A stretch of 64,000 nucleotides of DNA from Girardia tigrina (taxonomy: Eukaryota): contig MQRK01167228.1 of assembly GCA_001938485.1 (NCBI GenBank), positions 1 to 64,000 of the forward strand, read 5' to 3'. Position numbers and translations under genes: made by a program. Each line of letters starts with the position of its first letter. Within the stretch, counting starts at the first letter, position 1. The notes beneath the pieces were generated by a model, which made no database searches, was not told the origin of the DNA, and worked only from the letters and a program-made list of their open reading frames with translations. Positions 10,737-24,429 of this stretch are shown in pieces.

Positions 10737-13471
10737 TGGTCGCACTGCGATAGCCTTAAACCCTTTATTTGTAATTTAAATAAAAAAATTAATTAAACTA
10801 ATAAAAATAGAATTAAATAAGTAATTAAAATAAAAAAGAAAAAAAATAAATAAGATTTAATTGAATTAAATAATTAAAAAAATATAAGTATATACATAGA
10901 TATATAAATATGAATCATCACGTTCATATGGTTTTGTGATGATTGAAAATTAATTTGATTTTTTCCGTTTTAATTAAATTTAAACAATGATGTTCGGCTT
11001 CTGTGGGGTTCAGTTTCGATTTCAATTCAACGACAATCGTTATTTTATAATTACAAATCGGAGACCAATTCAACAAACAAATTGCATCGAAAATAAAATA
11101 TCGAATTAAAATGTGTCGGTCGCAATTAATTGATTTAAATAAAGACAATTGATTATTTTTTTGTGAATTAAATTCACATTTTGAAATGAATTTTGTTCAT
11201 TGTTTTTTTGAATTGACCAATTGGGTTCAATTTGATTTAAAGAATCCAATAGATTTTGTGTGACAGTTCAGAGAGTGTGTGTGTTGAGTGTAATCGGATT
11301 GAAAAACGATTTTTTTGTCACTAATGTTTACAATTGTCTAAATTTTTCAATATGGTTGAATTAAAGATTTTTCAATTATAAAAATAAATTTAATTTTGTA
11401 TCAACTTGGAATTGATTTAATTAACGCTTATTAGTATTTTGATTTCCAATAAGTTTTTAAATAAAAACGAATGAATATAAATCGATAATAATGTTTATAA
11501 AATCATCAATGAAAATGATTGATGTTGCCGAATCTGTGATTAATAAGAAATTCTGTGATGAATATCATTTGATATTTGTACCAGACTGTTTATCTTGTCG
11601 AAGTGAATACATAGATGGAAAAGGTCTCCAGTCAAAATTAAAAAATATCTCTAAATTTAAATGTTATGGAGTACCTTTATATAATGATCTTATATCTCTT
11701 GAGAATCCTTATTTCATATTGAATATAAATGATTTACCAACTTTGTATGAATTGACCAAAACAATTAATAGTGATGATGATTCAAATTTTGAATTAAATT
11801 TAAAAAATCAGGCTCAAAAGGTCATAGATTTCAGCAACAAAATCGATATGGGCGTGCAGATATTCATTTTGAATTTGAGTAGAGCCCATCAAGAAATCGA
11901 CCAAATCGAAAGAAACTCTACAACGGTAATCGCACATTTCTATATTAAAGACGGTCAGTTCGTCAAGAAAATCGATTCAAAATTAAGTAAATTTATTGTC
12001 GATTCAGATGATTCGTTCGTTGAATCGAGTTCCGATAAATCCGATCGGAAATTATCGAGAAATAACTCGAATGAAATCAAAGCGTCTTCATCTATCATTC
12101 CTGACAACCGAATCAAATCTCAATCAAATCAAATCGATAAACCGCGTCGAAGAACGATCAACGAATTTCTATTGGAAACGAGCACAATATGCAATTTGAA
12201 GTCGGTAATGGAACAATATTTGGCGACAAAATTGTGGAAGAGCTTTGGTTGAAATAATTTACATCTTGATCGAACTTAAGCAGAATTAATTAAAGAAACA
12301 TGTTTTTTTTAAAATAAATTAAATAAAGTAATTTATTAGAAATTTTAATTAAGTTAAAAATTTAAGTAAAATCTAAATTTAAATTTCTAGTGTAAATACT
12401 TCCAAGAAAACACAACTTTTTGGTATAAAGGAAATAAAAATGTAAATATAATTTATATATATGTATAAAGTTGGTAAATAATTTTGTACAAAGTTGGTAA
12501 ATCATTTATATTCAATATAAAATAAGGATTCTCAAGAGATATAAGATCATTATAATATATAATGTAAAAAGTTGTTTGTTTAAATAATAGCGGAATCACC
12601 GCACAATTTTTCAAAATAAAAAGTTTTGCGTTTCTGATTTTGTTGAATTTGAATGATTTGTGGTAAAACCGAATTAATGAACAAAGAATCTGTTAAATCG
12701 GATAATTTTGAATCGATCTCCAAAGAAGTTGATAAAGCGCGAATTATCAATAATAAATCTTATAATAAGAAACTATCAATCAATTTTATATCACAAAAAT
12801 ACTGGCAAAAGCATTTAAACTTTACTAATTCCATTGCAAATGATAGGGATGATAAGAAATTAATTAATAATTCTCTGGAATATTCCCGGATTTTCATGAA
12901 TTCATGTTCGTCATCATCAGTACAGAATTCCATTCGCAGAGAAACAAGAATTCGATCGCATGGCAAAGAAAGAGAACGAGAAAAAGTCCTCTTGAGGGCT
13001 AAAATTATTGATTGGATGCGCAGCGCGACACCAAGCTTGTTTCGAATTGTCGCTTTGATTCGCAGACGGAAAAATTATGCAATTGTGATATTCAGTGCCA
13101 AGAAACTCGCCAACTGTTCTCCACACTATATTCGTGTGATAGATGTGATTCCAGTTAATAATGAAACTAAAATCAGTGACGATCTAATTCGATCCAGTAG
13201 CGGCACGATACAACCAGCAGTCTTAACCGGTGAAGATTTTTCTCTTAATTAATTCGATCCGATTTCAAATCCAATTGATTCTCAACCTCCAATCAATCAA
13301 TCGAATATGAAAGAATATCATTTAAGCTTCAAGGAAAACGAAGTCTTTACAAGTTTTAATTGGCTGCAAAAATTAAGGGATGGAGCGGAATCATCGTCCG
13401 AACAGTCATTCGAACCAAAATTTATCAGAATCTGATTATGATTTACGAAAACCCTCTGCTGAGATACAACA
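10737..13471 (+). mobile_element. Unclassified 2735-bp TG...CA insertion with 5-bp TSD carrying host-gene fragments
   Basis: GAACT at 10732-10736 and 13472-13476. Removing the insert and one TSD copy restores the Gypsy frame KPC*SLWN|SQLVVVKKKD. Ends are TGGTCG... and ...TACAACA. Confidence 0.85.
11491..11765 (+). pseudogene. VPS33 (Sec1/Munc18 family)-like fragment at the start of chimeric ORF 11491-12252
   Basis: FIKSSMKMIDVAESV...YHLIFVP...GLQSKL...VPLYNDLISLE...DLPTLYELTKTI resembles VPS33 FVRP..MDIIAENV..FHILFVPR...LIPFDGDLLSME..DQTSLYHAAKGL as recalled. The rest of the ORF is unrelated, low-complexity sequence. Confidence 0.7.
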
Positions 13472-16376
13472 GAACTCTCAGCTGGTAGTAGTAAAGAAAA
13501 AGGATAATAATAATCGAATGTGCTTGGATTTCCGACCATTAAATGCGATTACAGAAAAATTTACATTTCCGGTACCAGATATCTGCGGCCTTTTGGATGC
13601 ACTGAGTGGAGCAGTTATGTTCTCTTCTATCGATTTAGATAATGCTTACTACCAAGTGGAGTTAACAGAGGAATCAAAATTGAAAACCGCTTTTAGTACC
13701 AAAATTGGACAATTTTGCTTCAATCGCTTACCTTTTGGATTGTGCACTGTTCCAGCAACTTTTCAAGTTTTAATGCATCAAATATTTCACGATATGCTGT
13801 ATAAAGGAGTGATTGTGTATTTGGATGATATTTTAGTTTACAGTTCCTCTGAGATGGGTCATGATGTTCTGCTCGAAGAAGTTTTTAGTCGTACTGCAAG
13901 TGCAGGTCTTAAAATCAATCGTCAGAAAGGCCGTTTGAAGGAGTTTGAAGTAAGATTTTTAGGACATGTAGTAAGTAGCAAAGGAATAGAAACATTTGAA
14001 GATAAAATCAAATCGATTAATGAAGCACCGGTTCCAAAATGTGCAACTCAATTGTGTTCTTTCTTGGGTCTTGCCAATTACTACCGGCGATTTATCAACA
14101 ATTTTGTTAAAATATCAAAGCCTTTATATGCGACCAGTGCCACTGAAGAGAAATTTTACTGGTCACTGGAGTGTGCAGACAGTTTTGATGAACTTAAAAA
14201 GTGTCTTTCTACAAGTCCGGTATTATGCTTCCCAAATATTAACCAAAAAATGGTGCTAGATACAGATGTCAGCTTCTCTGCTATTGTAGGTGTATTAAGT
14301 CAAATTCAAGAAGATGGATCAGAACGGGTGATAGCTTATGAATCAAGAACCCTGAGTGAGCACGAAAAGGGCTTCTATGTTACCAGAAATGAATTGCTAG
14401 CATTAAGAGATTACATGCTGCATTTCAAGCATTATTTATATGGAAAAAAGTTCTTGGCTCGTACCGATCATAAAGCACTTTTATTTATGTCCAAGACAAG
14501 CACACCACTCAGTTATCAAATTTCAGACATGAATTGAAGGTCTGACGGGTTTTCAATATGACTTGCAGTACAGGAAAGGATCAGAACATTCAAATGCAGA
14601 TGAGATCTCAAGATAGTCAGAAGCATTGTGCGCTCAATTTATGACGAAACATGTCGGAGCTAAAATAAGTAAGAGTGAAGTAAAGTATTTAAACACTTGT
14701 AGCACGATGGATCACCACCATATCAAAGACATCCAACGAGAAGATAAAAATATTCTGGAAATTATTACTTCATTAGAACTTAATGAAACACCTTCAATAG
14801 ATCAGTTACAAGGTCCCTTGTGGGAACACATTAATCACTTAATATTAGAAGATGAATTTCTGTTCTATCGGGATGGACATATAAAACGCGTGGTTGTCCC
14901 AGAAGCTGCTCAACATCGATTAATTCAGTACACTCATCAAGATTTATGTCACATAGGATATAAAAAGTTGTATGAATATATGCGGGATATCTATTTCTGG
15001 CCACAAATGCCACAGATAATTGAGAAAGTTTCTAGAGAATGTGTTATTTGTGCAAAACGGAAGGTACTAACAACACCATCTAAGGAGACATTTTTACCTC
15101 GAGATGATAAAACATTATTTGAAGAAGTTGTAATGGATATTGCACATTTTTACCTTCTAAAAGGGGAAAGAAATATGTACTTGTGATGGTTGAAAGATTT
15201 AGCAAGGTCGTTGCATTGGTACCACTTCGTAATTAAGATGAAAACACGTTGATTGCTGCTATTAAAAATAAATGAATTTATCGATTCGGGAAACCCAGAT
15301 CATTTTTATCAGACAGGGGAAAAACTTTGGAGGCAACAAGTTGCGGGATATGTGTAAAACCTTCAATATATCTCAAGAATTTTCGTCTCCGTACCAACAC
15401 CAATCCAATGGATTAGCAGAGCGCACGATTCGTTCATTGCGAGATATGGTAGTTACTTCTAGTGCATCTGAAAATGATTCTCCAGATTGGGAAGAACTAC
15501 TTCGAAAAATTGAATTTCTTTTGAATACAACTTGGCAAAGTTCTATCGGATGTACTCCATTTGATGTTTTATTTAGACAGAAGCTTAATTTACATGGCAC
15601 ATTCAATATATTACCCCATACACAATCAAATCCGATGACAGTTGAGCATATTTGTAACTCTGCCTATCGATTACAGATGCAAGATGATGAAAAACGAGGA
15701 CATCGGAATTTTCAGGTGGGAGAGGTAGTGTTAGTAAAGGTGGAACCTCACGAATTGAGGAAAGAAGGATTCAGATATGACGAGCCATATAAAATTGTAA
15801 AATTCCTCACTCCTCATCAAGTGGTTCTGAAGTATCCCAGAAAAGTATACAAGACCTTCAAATTAAAGAGGCGGAAGTAGGATAATTGAATGTTATTTTA
15901 TGTTTTTAGCATTTCATGATTGTCGACTTTCCTTAATTTAATTTTAAATTTATTTAATAAATTCATTCCTGAAATTATTTTAGGTGATAATTAATCGGCT
16001 ACATAAAATTTAATATTTTCCTTTTCACTATCAATTTGCATTAACTTTTCCGTAAATTTTTAATGAGCTATCATTGTTATAAAATATTTTATCATCTGAA
16101 ACATCTATTTTAATATTTATAATTTTATCAATTATACTTTTATCTTATACACTTATTCGGGCACTTGTATCAAGTAAGCAATTCATCAACATTTGATTTA
16201 ATTTAATTTTTAAACTGGGTCGGCTGTTTATTTCATTATATACAATTTTATGTTTAAATCCAAGATGTGAGATATTATTAATACTTTTAAATTCGTTTAG
16301 TAAATAAATTTTATTATCATTACTATACTTTAAAAAATTATATTTATTTTTACAATAATTAAAAAAAATTTTTAAA

Positions 16377-17345
16377 TTCGAGATATCCGAGTTTCGAGAT
16401 CACTGATGTTGTAATTAGATTTACCCTTGATGAGAATATCATGCTGCTTTAATTCAGAAATTCTCCCTAGACATTAATGGAATCTAATCCCTCAAAATAA
16501 AAAACCCTAATTCACGTTTTAAAAAAACTCAAATTCAAAATAAAACACGAGGAGAATTAATGGATCATAATCATAGAATAATGTGCAATACATACAGTAA
16601 AGTATATTACTGACAGCAAAAAAAACAAAGATTAACGAAAGAAACCTGTTATGAAAGTCTGCTTTTTCTTTCCCGTGATGGCCATTTCTTCAAGGTGAGT
16701 TAGCATTGCGATTTCATCAGTTGAAACTCCATCATTGTACTTCGCTTAATTCTATTTTATACAATAAAATATTTTCTAAATAATTTTAAAAGTCAAATTT
16801 TAAAAAAAAGTTGTTTCATAATTCAAGTTAAATTAAAGAATTACTCGAAAATTTAAAAACGGAGTAAAATCAAATAATATAACTCTAAAATTAATTTAAT
16901 GTTTAAACGTATGGCTAAATAACGAAAGTAAATTATGTACAGAAGATTTTAAAATGATTGTTAAAATAAGATTATTAAAAATATTTATAATTTAAATAAA
17001 CTTTATATATTGATATTTAGCAATTTTGATCTGTTTTGTGCAAGATAAGAAAAACATTGTTCCTCCTAAATTAGTTTGAAAAAAATAGTTAATTGTTATA
17101 TTAATAAATATGTTGCATTATGAACTTTTTCGTAGATCACGAACCCAACGCATACTATAACCACTATTTATAAAACAAATTAAAATTATAAAAATTCGAG
17201 ATAAACGTGCAAATTTAAACATTTTTTTGTAAATTTGCTTCGAGATAGCCGATTAAAAAGATAAAGAAACAATATATTAAAAACTTGGGACCAGAAAATG
17301 TCTTCGACATAACCATGTATTCGAAATATCCGAGTCCCACAGTAG
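16377..17345 (-). mobile_element. pogo/Tigger remnant
   Basis: Tigger-type subterminal motifs TTCGAGATATCCGAG (16377) and TTCGAAATATCCGAG (~17320). Minus-strand C-terminal motif KKQTFITGFF near 16640-16700. Confidence 0.5.
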
Positions 17346-17628
17346 TTTAAAAACTTATTTCCTTGTCTGAATTAGTAAAATGTAGCAACAAGTTATGCTG
17401 AAAAAGAATAACTTTATTTATTATCATAGATAAATGAAACGAATTTTAAATTAATTTTCAAAATATTACTGAATAGCTATAGCTATCAAAATTTTCTTGG
17501 ATAATTTTATTTGTAAAACTGCAATTTTTGTGTATTCAATAGCTTTATTTCCATTATAATGTCAACATGTCTGGGACTTGAATCATAATTTTAAAGGATT
17601 CATATTTTCAGACATCTTGAATGGCATA

Positions 17629-18141
17629 CAGTCGAGTTTCGATATAACAAAATCCACGATATTACGAATTATTTTCTAGAGATGGTTGGCCGGCCATTAG
17701 ACCGTATAAAAATATTTTTGATATCCCAGAAGTTTTTAACTTTATTTGATTGAAAATTTTGTCTCGATATTACGAAGTCAGAATTGGTATATCAAACATA
17801 TCACATGAATAAAAATCAAAATAGGTATTACACACAAAAAGATTTTAAAAAACTTTTTTTATTGGAAATAATGAAAAATGATAAAAGCCCAACTGAAGAA
17901 GCGATCCTATAAAGAATACAAAGCAGTGCAAAATAACTGATTTCCATTAGATTGTCCTTTTACTTAAAAAATATTTGTATGTTTGGGGTTCATTACATCA
18001 CTTTCATTGCAGATGCCACCTCCAATTGAGGTGAAACGCCTCCTAAATTGAAATTTTAGACGGAATATCTGATCATAGTGGAATTTTCGATATAACAGTT
18101 TTTGTCGGTCCATTGAAATTCGTTAAATCGAGACTCGACTG
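17629..18141. mobile_element. Tigger/pogo-type MITE
   Basis: TA-flanked TIRs CAGTCGAGTTTCGATATAAC / GTTAAATCGAGACTCGACTG. Confidence 0.85.
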
Positions 18142-18564
18142 TAGCAACAGGAAGTATCGACTGTTCTTTAAACAAATTTTAAACGTTTATTTGAAAATAA
18201 CAAAATAATGTTTTGAGAAAATCCAAAATTTATATATAAAATATAATTATTAAATATTTAAAATCTCCATTTAATTATGTGAATAAATAAACGTCTAATG
18301 TTAAACAATTACAATACATTTTATTTCATTTCCGATATTTCGACCTATAAATCTGTATAAACGAGTTTTTAAATCATTAATTTGAATTTATAAGAAGCCC
18401 AAACATTATTTTGTCGATAAAAATAATAAAATATAAAACTAAATCTCGATAAAAAAACAACAATTATTAGTGACTCTGTATATTGAAATATAAACGAACA
18501 TTAGAACAAAAGTATAATAGTTAGAGTTTCTTTGTTAATTCATAAGGAATTGCAAAGCATGCAT

Positions 18565-19749
18565 TTATGCTGGATGAACTTTGTTAGCGATTCTGTCCGT
18601 TCTTTGTGAATCATACAAATAACTCTGACCAATAATATCCGATTGTGAAGTTGAAGGTGGCGGCGGTGCGACAGACGGTACTATCTGTTGTGGTAATGGT
18701 GGTAAAAATTTGCGTTTTGTAACAGGAGCGTTGGAAAATCCAGAGGGTTGTTGGAGCAACGGTGGAACATTAGTATCACTGGCAGGTTTTGATGTGACTT
18801 CGCTGGAAAGATTTACACCTTGATTAGAAAGAGCCCAACGTGCATTGACAATGTGTCCCAACTCGTGCCACTCACTGATCATTTTTGCTGCTTTCGCAGC
18901 TGTTTCGCGACTCGTGAATTTGATTGACCAACAATCAATCAACCGAGCAACGGAACGAACTTCTCCAAACTGACTGAAATATTTCATCGTATCATTTTCC
19001 CCGTATTCATTCGGTAATCCCGACACTTCGATTGTCGTTATCGATAAATCCTCGGGAGGTTGAATCATCGATTTACGAATAGATTCGTATTTTTCGATGA
19101 TTCGGTTGGCGATATTATCATCAACTCCGTAGTATCGATCCCTAATGTGTTGTTCGTTAATCGGGTCGTATGGTTCTGATGGGGCTTCATGACGGAATGG
19201 ACACGATTCCCCCCGTTTACATTCTCCTTTCACGTAGAATGTGCAGATGCTCAGTTTGTTTCTTGAGTAGGGCTCGGTTTGAGCGAGTTTCGAGAGCATT
19301 CGAATTGTGTTGTTTGTCATCTTCCCGGGATTTTTGAAGTTTTGGTAAGGAGTAGAGATATCGCCACCCAGTTCCATTTCTCGCTCTATCACCTGCTGGT
19401 TGTATTCCAAATTCACCGGACCCTTCGGAATGTTCTGTCCGATATTGAGATACTGGTCTCTAACTTGCACCGGTAAACCAAAATCCAGATCCATAATACA
19501 CGATTGACAAACGTTTTTCGTCCGGCAACAAATTTGACAGATTTCTGTTTGACGTTGTTTTCCATTTTCATCTGCAATCCAACGGAAAACTGTGTAAGGT
19601 CGAGTACAAACTCCACATTCTTTTCCATAATGACTTTTAATCATTCTCATGAAAGGATTGCTGCCAAAACATGCTTCACAAACTATTGGGAAGTCAGATT
19701 CTTCCCAATTCAATTGATTATATCGACTTGTTCCTTTGCTAGTTGTCAT
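18565..19749 (-). CDS. RBM22: Pre-mRNA-splicing factor RBM22 (Cwc2/Slt11 family), intronless, 394 aa
   Basis: Intact ORF with N-terminal YNQLNWEESDFPIVCEACFGSNPFMRM, TEICQICCRTKNVCQSCIMDLDFGLPVQVRD, CCCH finger ICTFYVKGECKRGESCPFRHE, PPEDLSITT followed by an RRM, and a Pro-rich tail. Confidence 0.96.
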   Translation of the reverse strand: MTTSKGTSRYNQLNWEESDFPIVCEACFGSNPFMRMIKSHYGKECGVCTRPYTVFRWIADENGKQRQTEICQICCRTKNVCQSCIMDLDFGLPVQVRDQYLNIGQNIPKGPVNLEYNQQVIEREMELGGDISTPYQNFKNPGKMTNNTIRMLSKLAQTEPYSRNKLSICTFYVKGECKRGESCPFRHEAPSEPYDPINEQHIRDRYYGVDDNIANRIIEKYESIRKSMIQPPEDLSITTIEVSGLPNEYGENDTMKYFSQFGEVRSVARLIDCWSIKFTSRETAAKAAKMISEWHELGHIVNARWALSNQGVNLSSEVTSKPASDTNVPPLLQQPSGFSNAPVTKRKFLPPLPQQIVPSVAPPPPSTSQSDIIGQSYLYDSQRTDRIANKVHPA

Positions 19750-20439
19750 GATATAATAATTTTTGAAATAAATACAAAAACTAATATTATTAAAACTAAT
19801 TTAATTTAACATTTTCTTTTAATAAAATTCAAAAAAACAATGACACAATGCTTTTTTTAAATATAAACTGTCAATTCACCACTTTTTTAAATAACGATTT
19901 TTGTAATTTACCAACAACATTAAATTTAAATAAAAAATAATAATTTAATTTTTATTCAACGGAAATTATTCATAATTTTACGGAAAGTATCTTAGTTAGT
20001 AATGTTGAGTTTATCAGTACTAATGTAATGATTTGACAAATGTAAAAATCATAAAATTTAAGTAAATTAGTTTTGGTAAAACATCTGGTAAAAAAAGGAA
20101 TTGTTAATTAAATTTTAAAATTAAAATAGATTTCCTTTATGTCAAAGTTCGTATACAATAACAATAATTTTTTATAAGAAAAAGTGCAATTTAATAATTA
20201 AAATTTGATTTTAATTATTATTATACCCTAAAAGATTATTTCACTTGATTTCTATATTATTTAATATAAAATTCTTTTTATTATCAAATATAATTTTATC
20301 CGAGTTCATATTTCATTAGTCACGTTTGTATTATTTAAGTTCCATTTGTCTATTCTATTAGTTATTCATATTATTGATAGTGAAACTTAACCATTAAAAA
20401 TATATTAAGAAGCTCTTTTTACAGGGTTATTCACTCATA

Positions 20440-23180
20440 TAAACACCATTCAAATTATAAAAACTTCTATTCATTGATATAAACACCTTCATTCAAATTA
20501 TAACCCCTATTCAAATTATAAACACTTCTGTTCAAACTTTAATTCATTTTTATAAATAATATTATTCACTTTTATAAAAAAATTAAAATTCGTTATTTAT
20601 TATTTTAAAATATTTTATCAATGGAAATATATTGTCTTTCTTTTGAACATACAATACAATTTTGAGGATTTCTAAAATATTTCCCTTTTTGAGTATAATT
20701 ATGGTAAATTTATAAACTTATTGCAGATTTAGATGGAACTTGAGTTGATTGTATTTTATGGCATTCGTTGTGTTCCATTACTATTCAGTTTATAGTTAAA
20801 ATTTGTAAAATTAATGTATTATTGATTTTGTGATTTGATATCACTTAATCGGCACGGTTAAATTAAATTCAATTAAATTAAAAGAAGTTTATTTCTTTTG
20901 AATTAATAATAAATTAGAAAACTCTTTTAGGTTGTATATTATTTATTTTAGTAATTAAAAAATTGTAAATAATTAGAATGAATTTAAGTATAATTTACTT
21001 TAAAAATTTTCCTTATTTAGATAATCAAATTTAAAAATATTTTAAATTTTGATATTCTTCTGAAAATATTATCTTTAATTTTTTTTATGATTTTTAAATA
21101 ATTGAAAGTTTTTATTTACAATTTTTGTATTATAATATAGTATAATGTATCTTATAATATAAAAATATTAATATAAAATAAAATAAAATTGATTTTATTT
21201 TAATTTATTAAAAGTAATAAATAAATTTTAATAAATTTATAAACTTATAGCAGATTTAGATGGAACTTGAATCGATTGTATTTTATGGCATTCATTGTGT
21301 TCCATTACTATACATTTTAAAGATAAAATTTGTAAAATTAATGTATTATTGAATTTGTGATTTGATATCACCTAATCGGTGCGATTAAATTAAATTAAAT
21401 TAAATTAAAAGGAATTTATTTCTTTTAAATTAATAATAAATTAGAAAACTTTTTTAGTTTGGATACTATTTATTTTTATAATTAAAAATTTGTAAATAAT
21501 TAGAATGAATTAAAGTATAATTTATTTTAAAAATATTTTTTGTTATTTAGATAATCAAATTTTAAAATATTTTAAATTGTGATATTCTTCTGAAAATTTT
21601 ATCTTCAATTTTTCAATGATTTTTAAATAGTTGAAAGTTTTTATTCACAATTTTTATATTATATTTATTACATTTTTATAAGAAAAATATGTAAGTAAAT
21701 TAAAAAATCTAAAAGCAGATGTTACTCAAAAATCCTAATTTATTGATTATTTTAGGTATTAGATATAAATTTCATGTTATTAAAAATAAATAAATGATGA
21801 AATTAATTTTACATTTCATTTAAATATTTATTTAAAAGTAATAAACGAATAACAATATAAGAAATGAATTAAATAAAACATTCAGATGAAATAAAAATAA
21901 AACTTTCTATTACTCAAATATGACATTTGAAAAAAGGAGATACGTGTTTTATTCACACAGATTTTGATTACAGATGTAATTATAGAATAGTAATTAATTA
22001 TTACATAAAATTTTAAATAAAAACTTTAAATTATTGAGAAATCAAATAATTAAAGATATTCCAAGAATATCATTTCAATTTCAAATAATTTAATTTACAG
22101 ATCTGCAAATGTAAATGACTAATTTACTTATCATTAAAAATTTTCTACATAATAAAATACGAAAAAAATTTTCTAAATATAAATTATATTTTAATTAATT
22201 CTAATTATTTAAAAATTTTGAATTATAAAAATAAATAACATACAAACTATTTCAAAAATTTGTTTATTACTTTTAATAAAATAAAATAAAATCAATTTTA
22301 TTTTATTTTAATATTAATATTTTTATATTATAAGATACATTATACTATATTATTTAAAATATTTTAAATTGTGATATTCTTCTGAAAATATTATCTTTAA
22401 TTTTTTTATGATTTTTAAATAATTGAATGTTTTTATTTACAATTTTTGTATTATATTGTATTATTATAATACAAAAATTGTAAATAAAAACTTTCAATTA
22501 TTTAAAAATCATAAAAAAATTAAAGATAATATTTTCAGAAGAATATCACAATTTAAAATATTTTAAATTTGATTATCTAAATAACAAAAAATATTTTTAA
22601 AATAAATTATACTTTAATTCATTCTAATTATTTACAATTTTTTAATTATAAAAATAAATAATATACAACCTAAAAAGGTTTTCTAATTTATTATTAATTC
22701 AAAAGAAATAAACTTCTTTTAATTTAATTGAATTTAATTTAACCGTGCCGATTAAGTGATATCAAATCACAAAATCAATAATACATTAATTTTACAAATT
22801 TTAACTATAAACTGAATAGTAATGGAACACAACGAATGCCATAAAATACAATCAACTCAAGTTCCATCTAAATCTGCAAAAAGTTTATAAATTTACCATA
22901 ATTATACTCAAAAAGGGAAATATTTTAGAAATCCTCAAAATTGTATTGTATGTTCAAAAGAAAGACAATATATTTTCATTGATAAAATATTTTAAAATAA
23001 TAAATAACGAATTTTAATTTTTTTATAAAAGTGAATAATATTATTTATAAAAATTAATAAAAGTCTTTATACTTTAAATAGAAGTGTTTATAATTTTAAT
23101 AGGGGTGTTGATAATTTGAATGAAGGTGTTTATATCAATGAATATTAGTATTTATAATTTGAATAGAAGTGTTTATAATT
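20440..23180. repeat. Large AT-rich inverted repeat (foldback) with internal tandem duplication
   Basis: About 20545-21135 is a near-perfect reverse complement of about 22462-23055. About 20708-21135 is duplicated in tandem at about 21234-21665. An extra ~105-bp-arm hairpin is centred near 22460. Confidence 0.9.
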
Positions 23181-23399
23181 GAATTACGATTTAAAGCATA
23201 TTAAAAATTTTAAATGAAGTTATTTCCATTTTTTAAGTACATACCTGTAGCATAATAAAAAGGCTGAGAAAGTTAACTTTTATTTAATTTAAAATAGATG
23301 AAACGTAATATAAAATTCATGAATCATTATCATATAGAATATAAAAGATAAAATGCTCCACAATGACGAAAAATATAAAAAAATCACAGCAGTCTTCCC

Positions 23400-24200
23400 T
23401 GCTCAATTTAATATCTATCGTTATTCGTCAGGTGTTGTGATTGATGCATTGTGTCCAAAACGTGACACCAAATTATTTTCACCCATTACGGAAGATTTAC
23501 CAGTAAGTACTTCTTATAAAGCAGTTGTAGACAATCTGGAAATATTCGTTATTGTATCGTCGAATCATGAAATCACTGATTTATAATAATAATTTATTGC
23601 ATTCCTCCGCCATATCATTCATGTACCATTTTATACATAAGTTAAATCATTTCACTACTGCTTCAAGCTCCATGATATTTATGTGTCTTGAATCGTTTTT
23701 CTTTCTTAGCCATGATCCGTCTTCTATAGTTATACCATCGACTTCTAATAAATCCCGTGATAGCAGAGTGGATTGCTGCAGCACGTTACGATGTTTCGCC
23801 GCAGCGGTCATCCGTATGTTTTTCATCCCTCTAGTGCTATCCCTCTGCCCGAGACGTCTGTAGCACGTGACAACCGCACGGAACCAGGCCTTCTTGTGGG
23901 TTTCCTTTGCCAAATGGAATTTTTAAACCAAGTTGGTTGAATGTTCAGACAGTATTTCCGTAACAATGGAATCATTTTATAGAATGCCGATACCGAAGGT
24001 TTATTTCACCGACAATTCACATAAGCGGATCGGATGTTCCTTCCACTCTCCCTTCTGTTTCTTGTTTGCGTGAATCTACAAGCTGATCCATTTTCTAATA
24101 ACGAGTATTTCTTTGCCAATTCACCGAATAAGGTACGTCGACTTTACCGCGACGACCTTTCGGCGGACGACTTTATCGCGGGTGACTTTAACACAGAAAA
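23400..24200 (-). mobile_element. Gypsy-type RT/RNaseH remnant
   Basis: LLEVDGITIEDGSWLRKKNDSRHINIMELEAVVK is an LTR-retrotransposon RNaseH signature. Frames are broken. Confidence 0.7.
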
Positions 24201-24429
24201 TTTACAACAAAATTTTCAATAAGTGAATAATGTCATCTAATAATTTTAAAACATTAATGGATAGAAAATTAGTAAATTCCAGAATTTAAAAAATTCAAAT
24301 AACATTCTAGAACAAATGAATATCGCACCAAAAAAATTTAATGTGTAAATAGAAGGATACAAAAAAACATTAAACTGATATATTAAATTAATGGAATAGT
24401 AAATATATACTTTAATCAAAAAAGCTTAA

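Larger units (their letters stand above)
10063..15880 (+). mobile_element. Ty3/Gypsy LTR retrotransposon pol (protease-RT-RNaseH-integrase), decayed and interrupted
   Basis: Protease LWDSGASVS; RT RMCLDFRPLN, YLDDILVYS; RNaseH VIAYESRTL, RTDHKAL; integrase H..LCHIG...C..C and SPYQHQSNGLAERTIR. Stops, frameshifts and an insertion at 10737-13471. No LTR pair identified. Confidence 0.93.
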
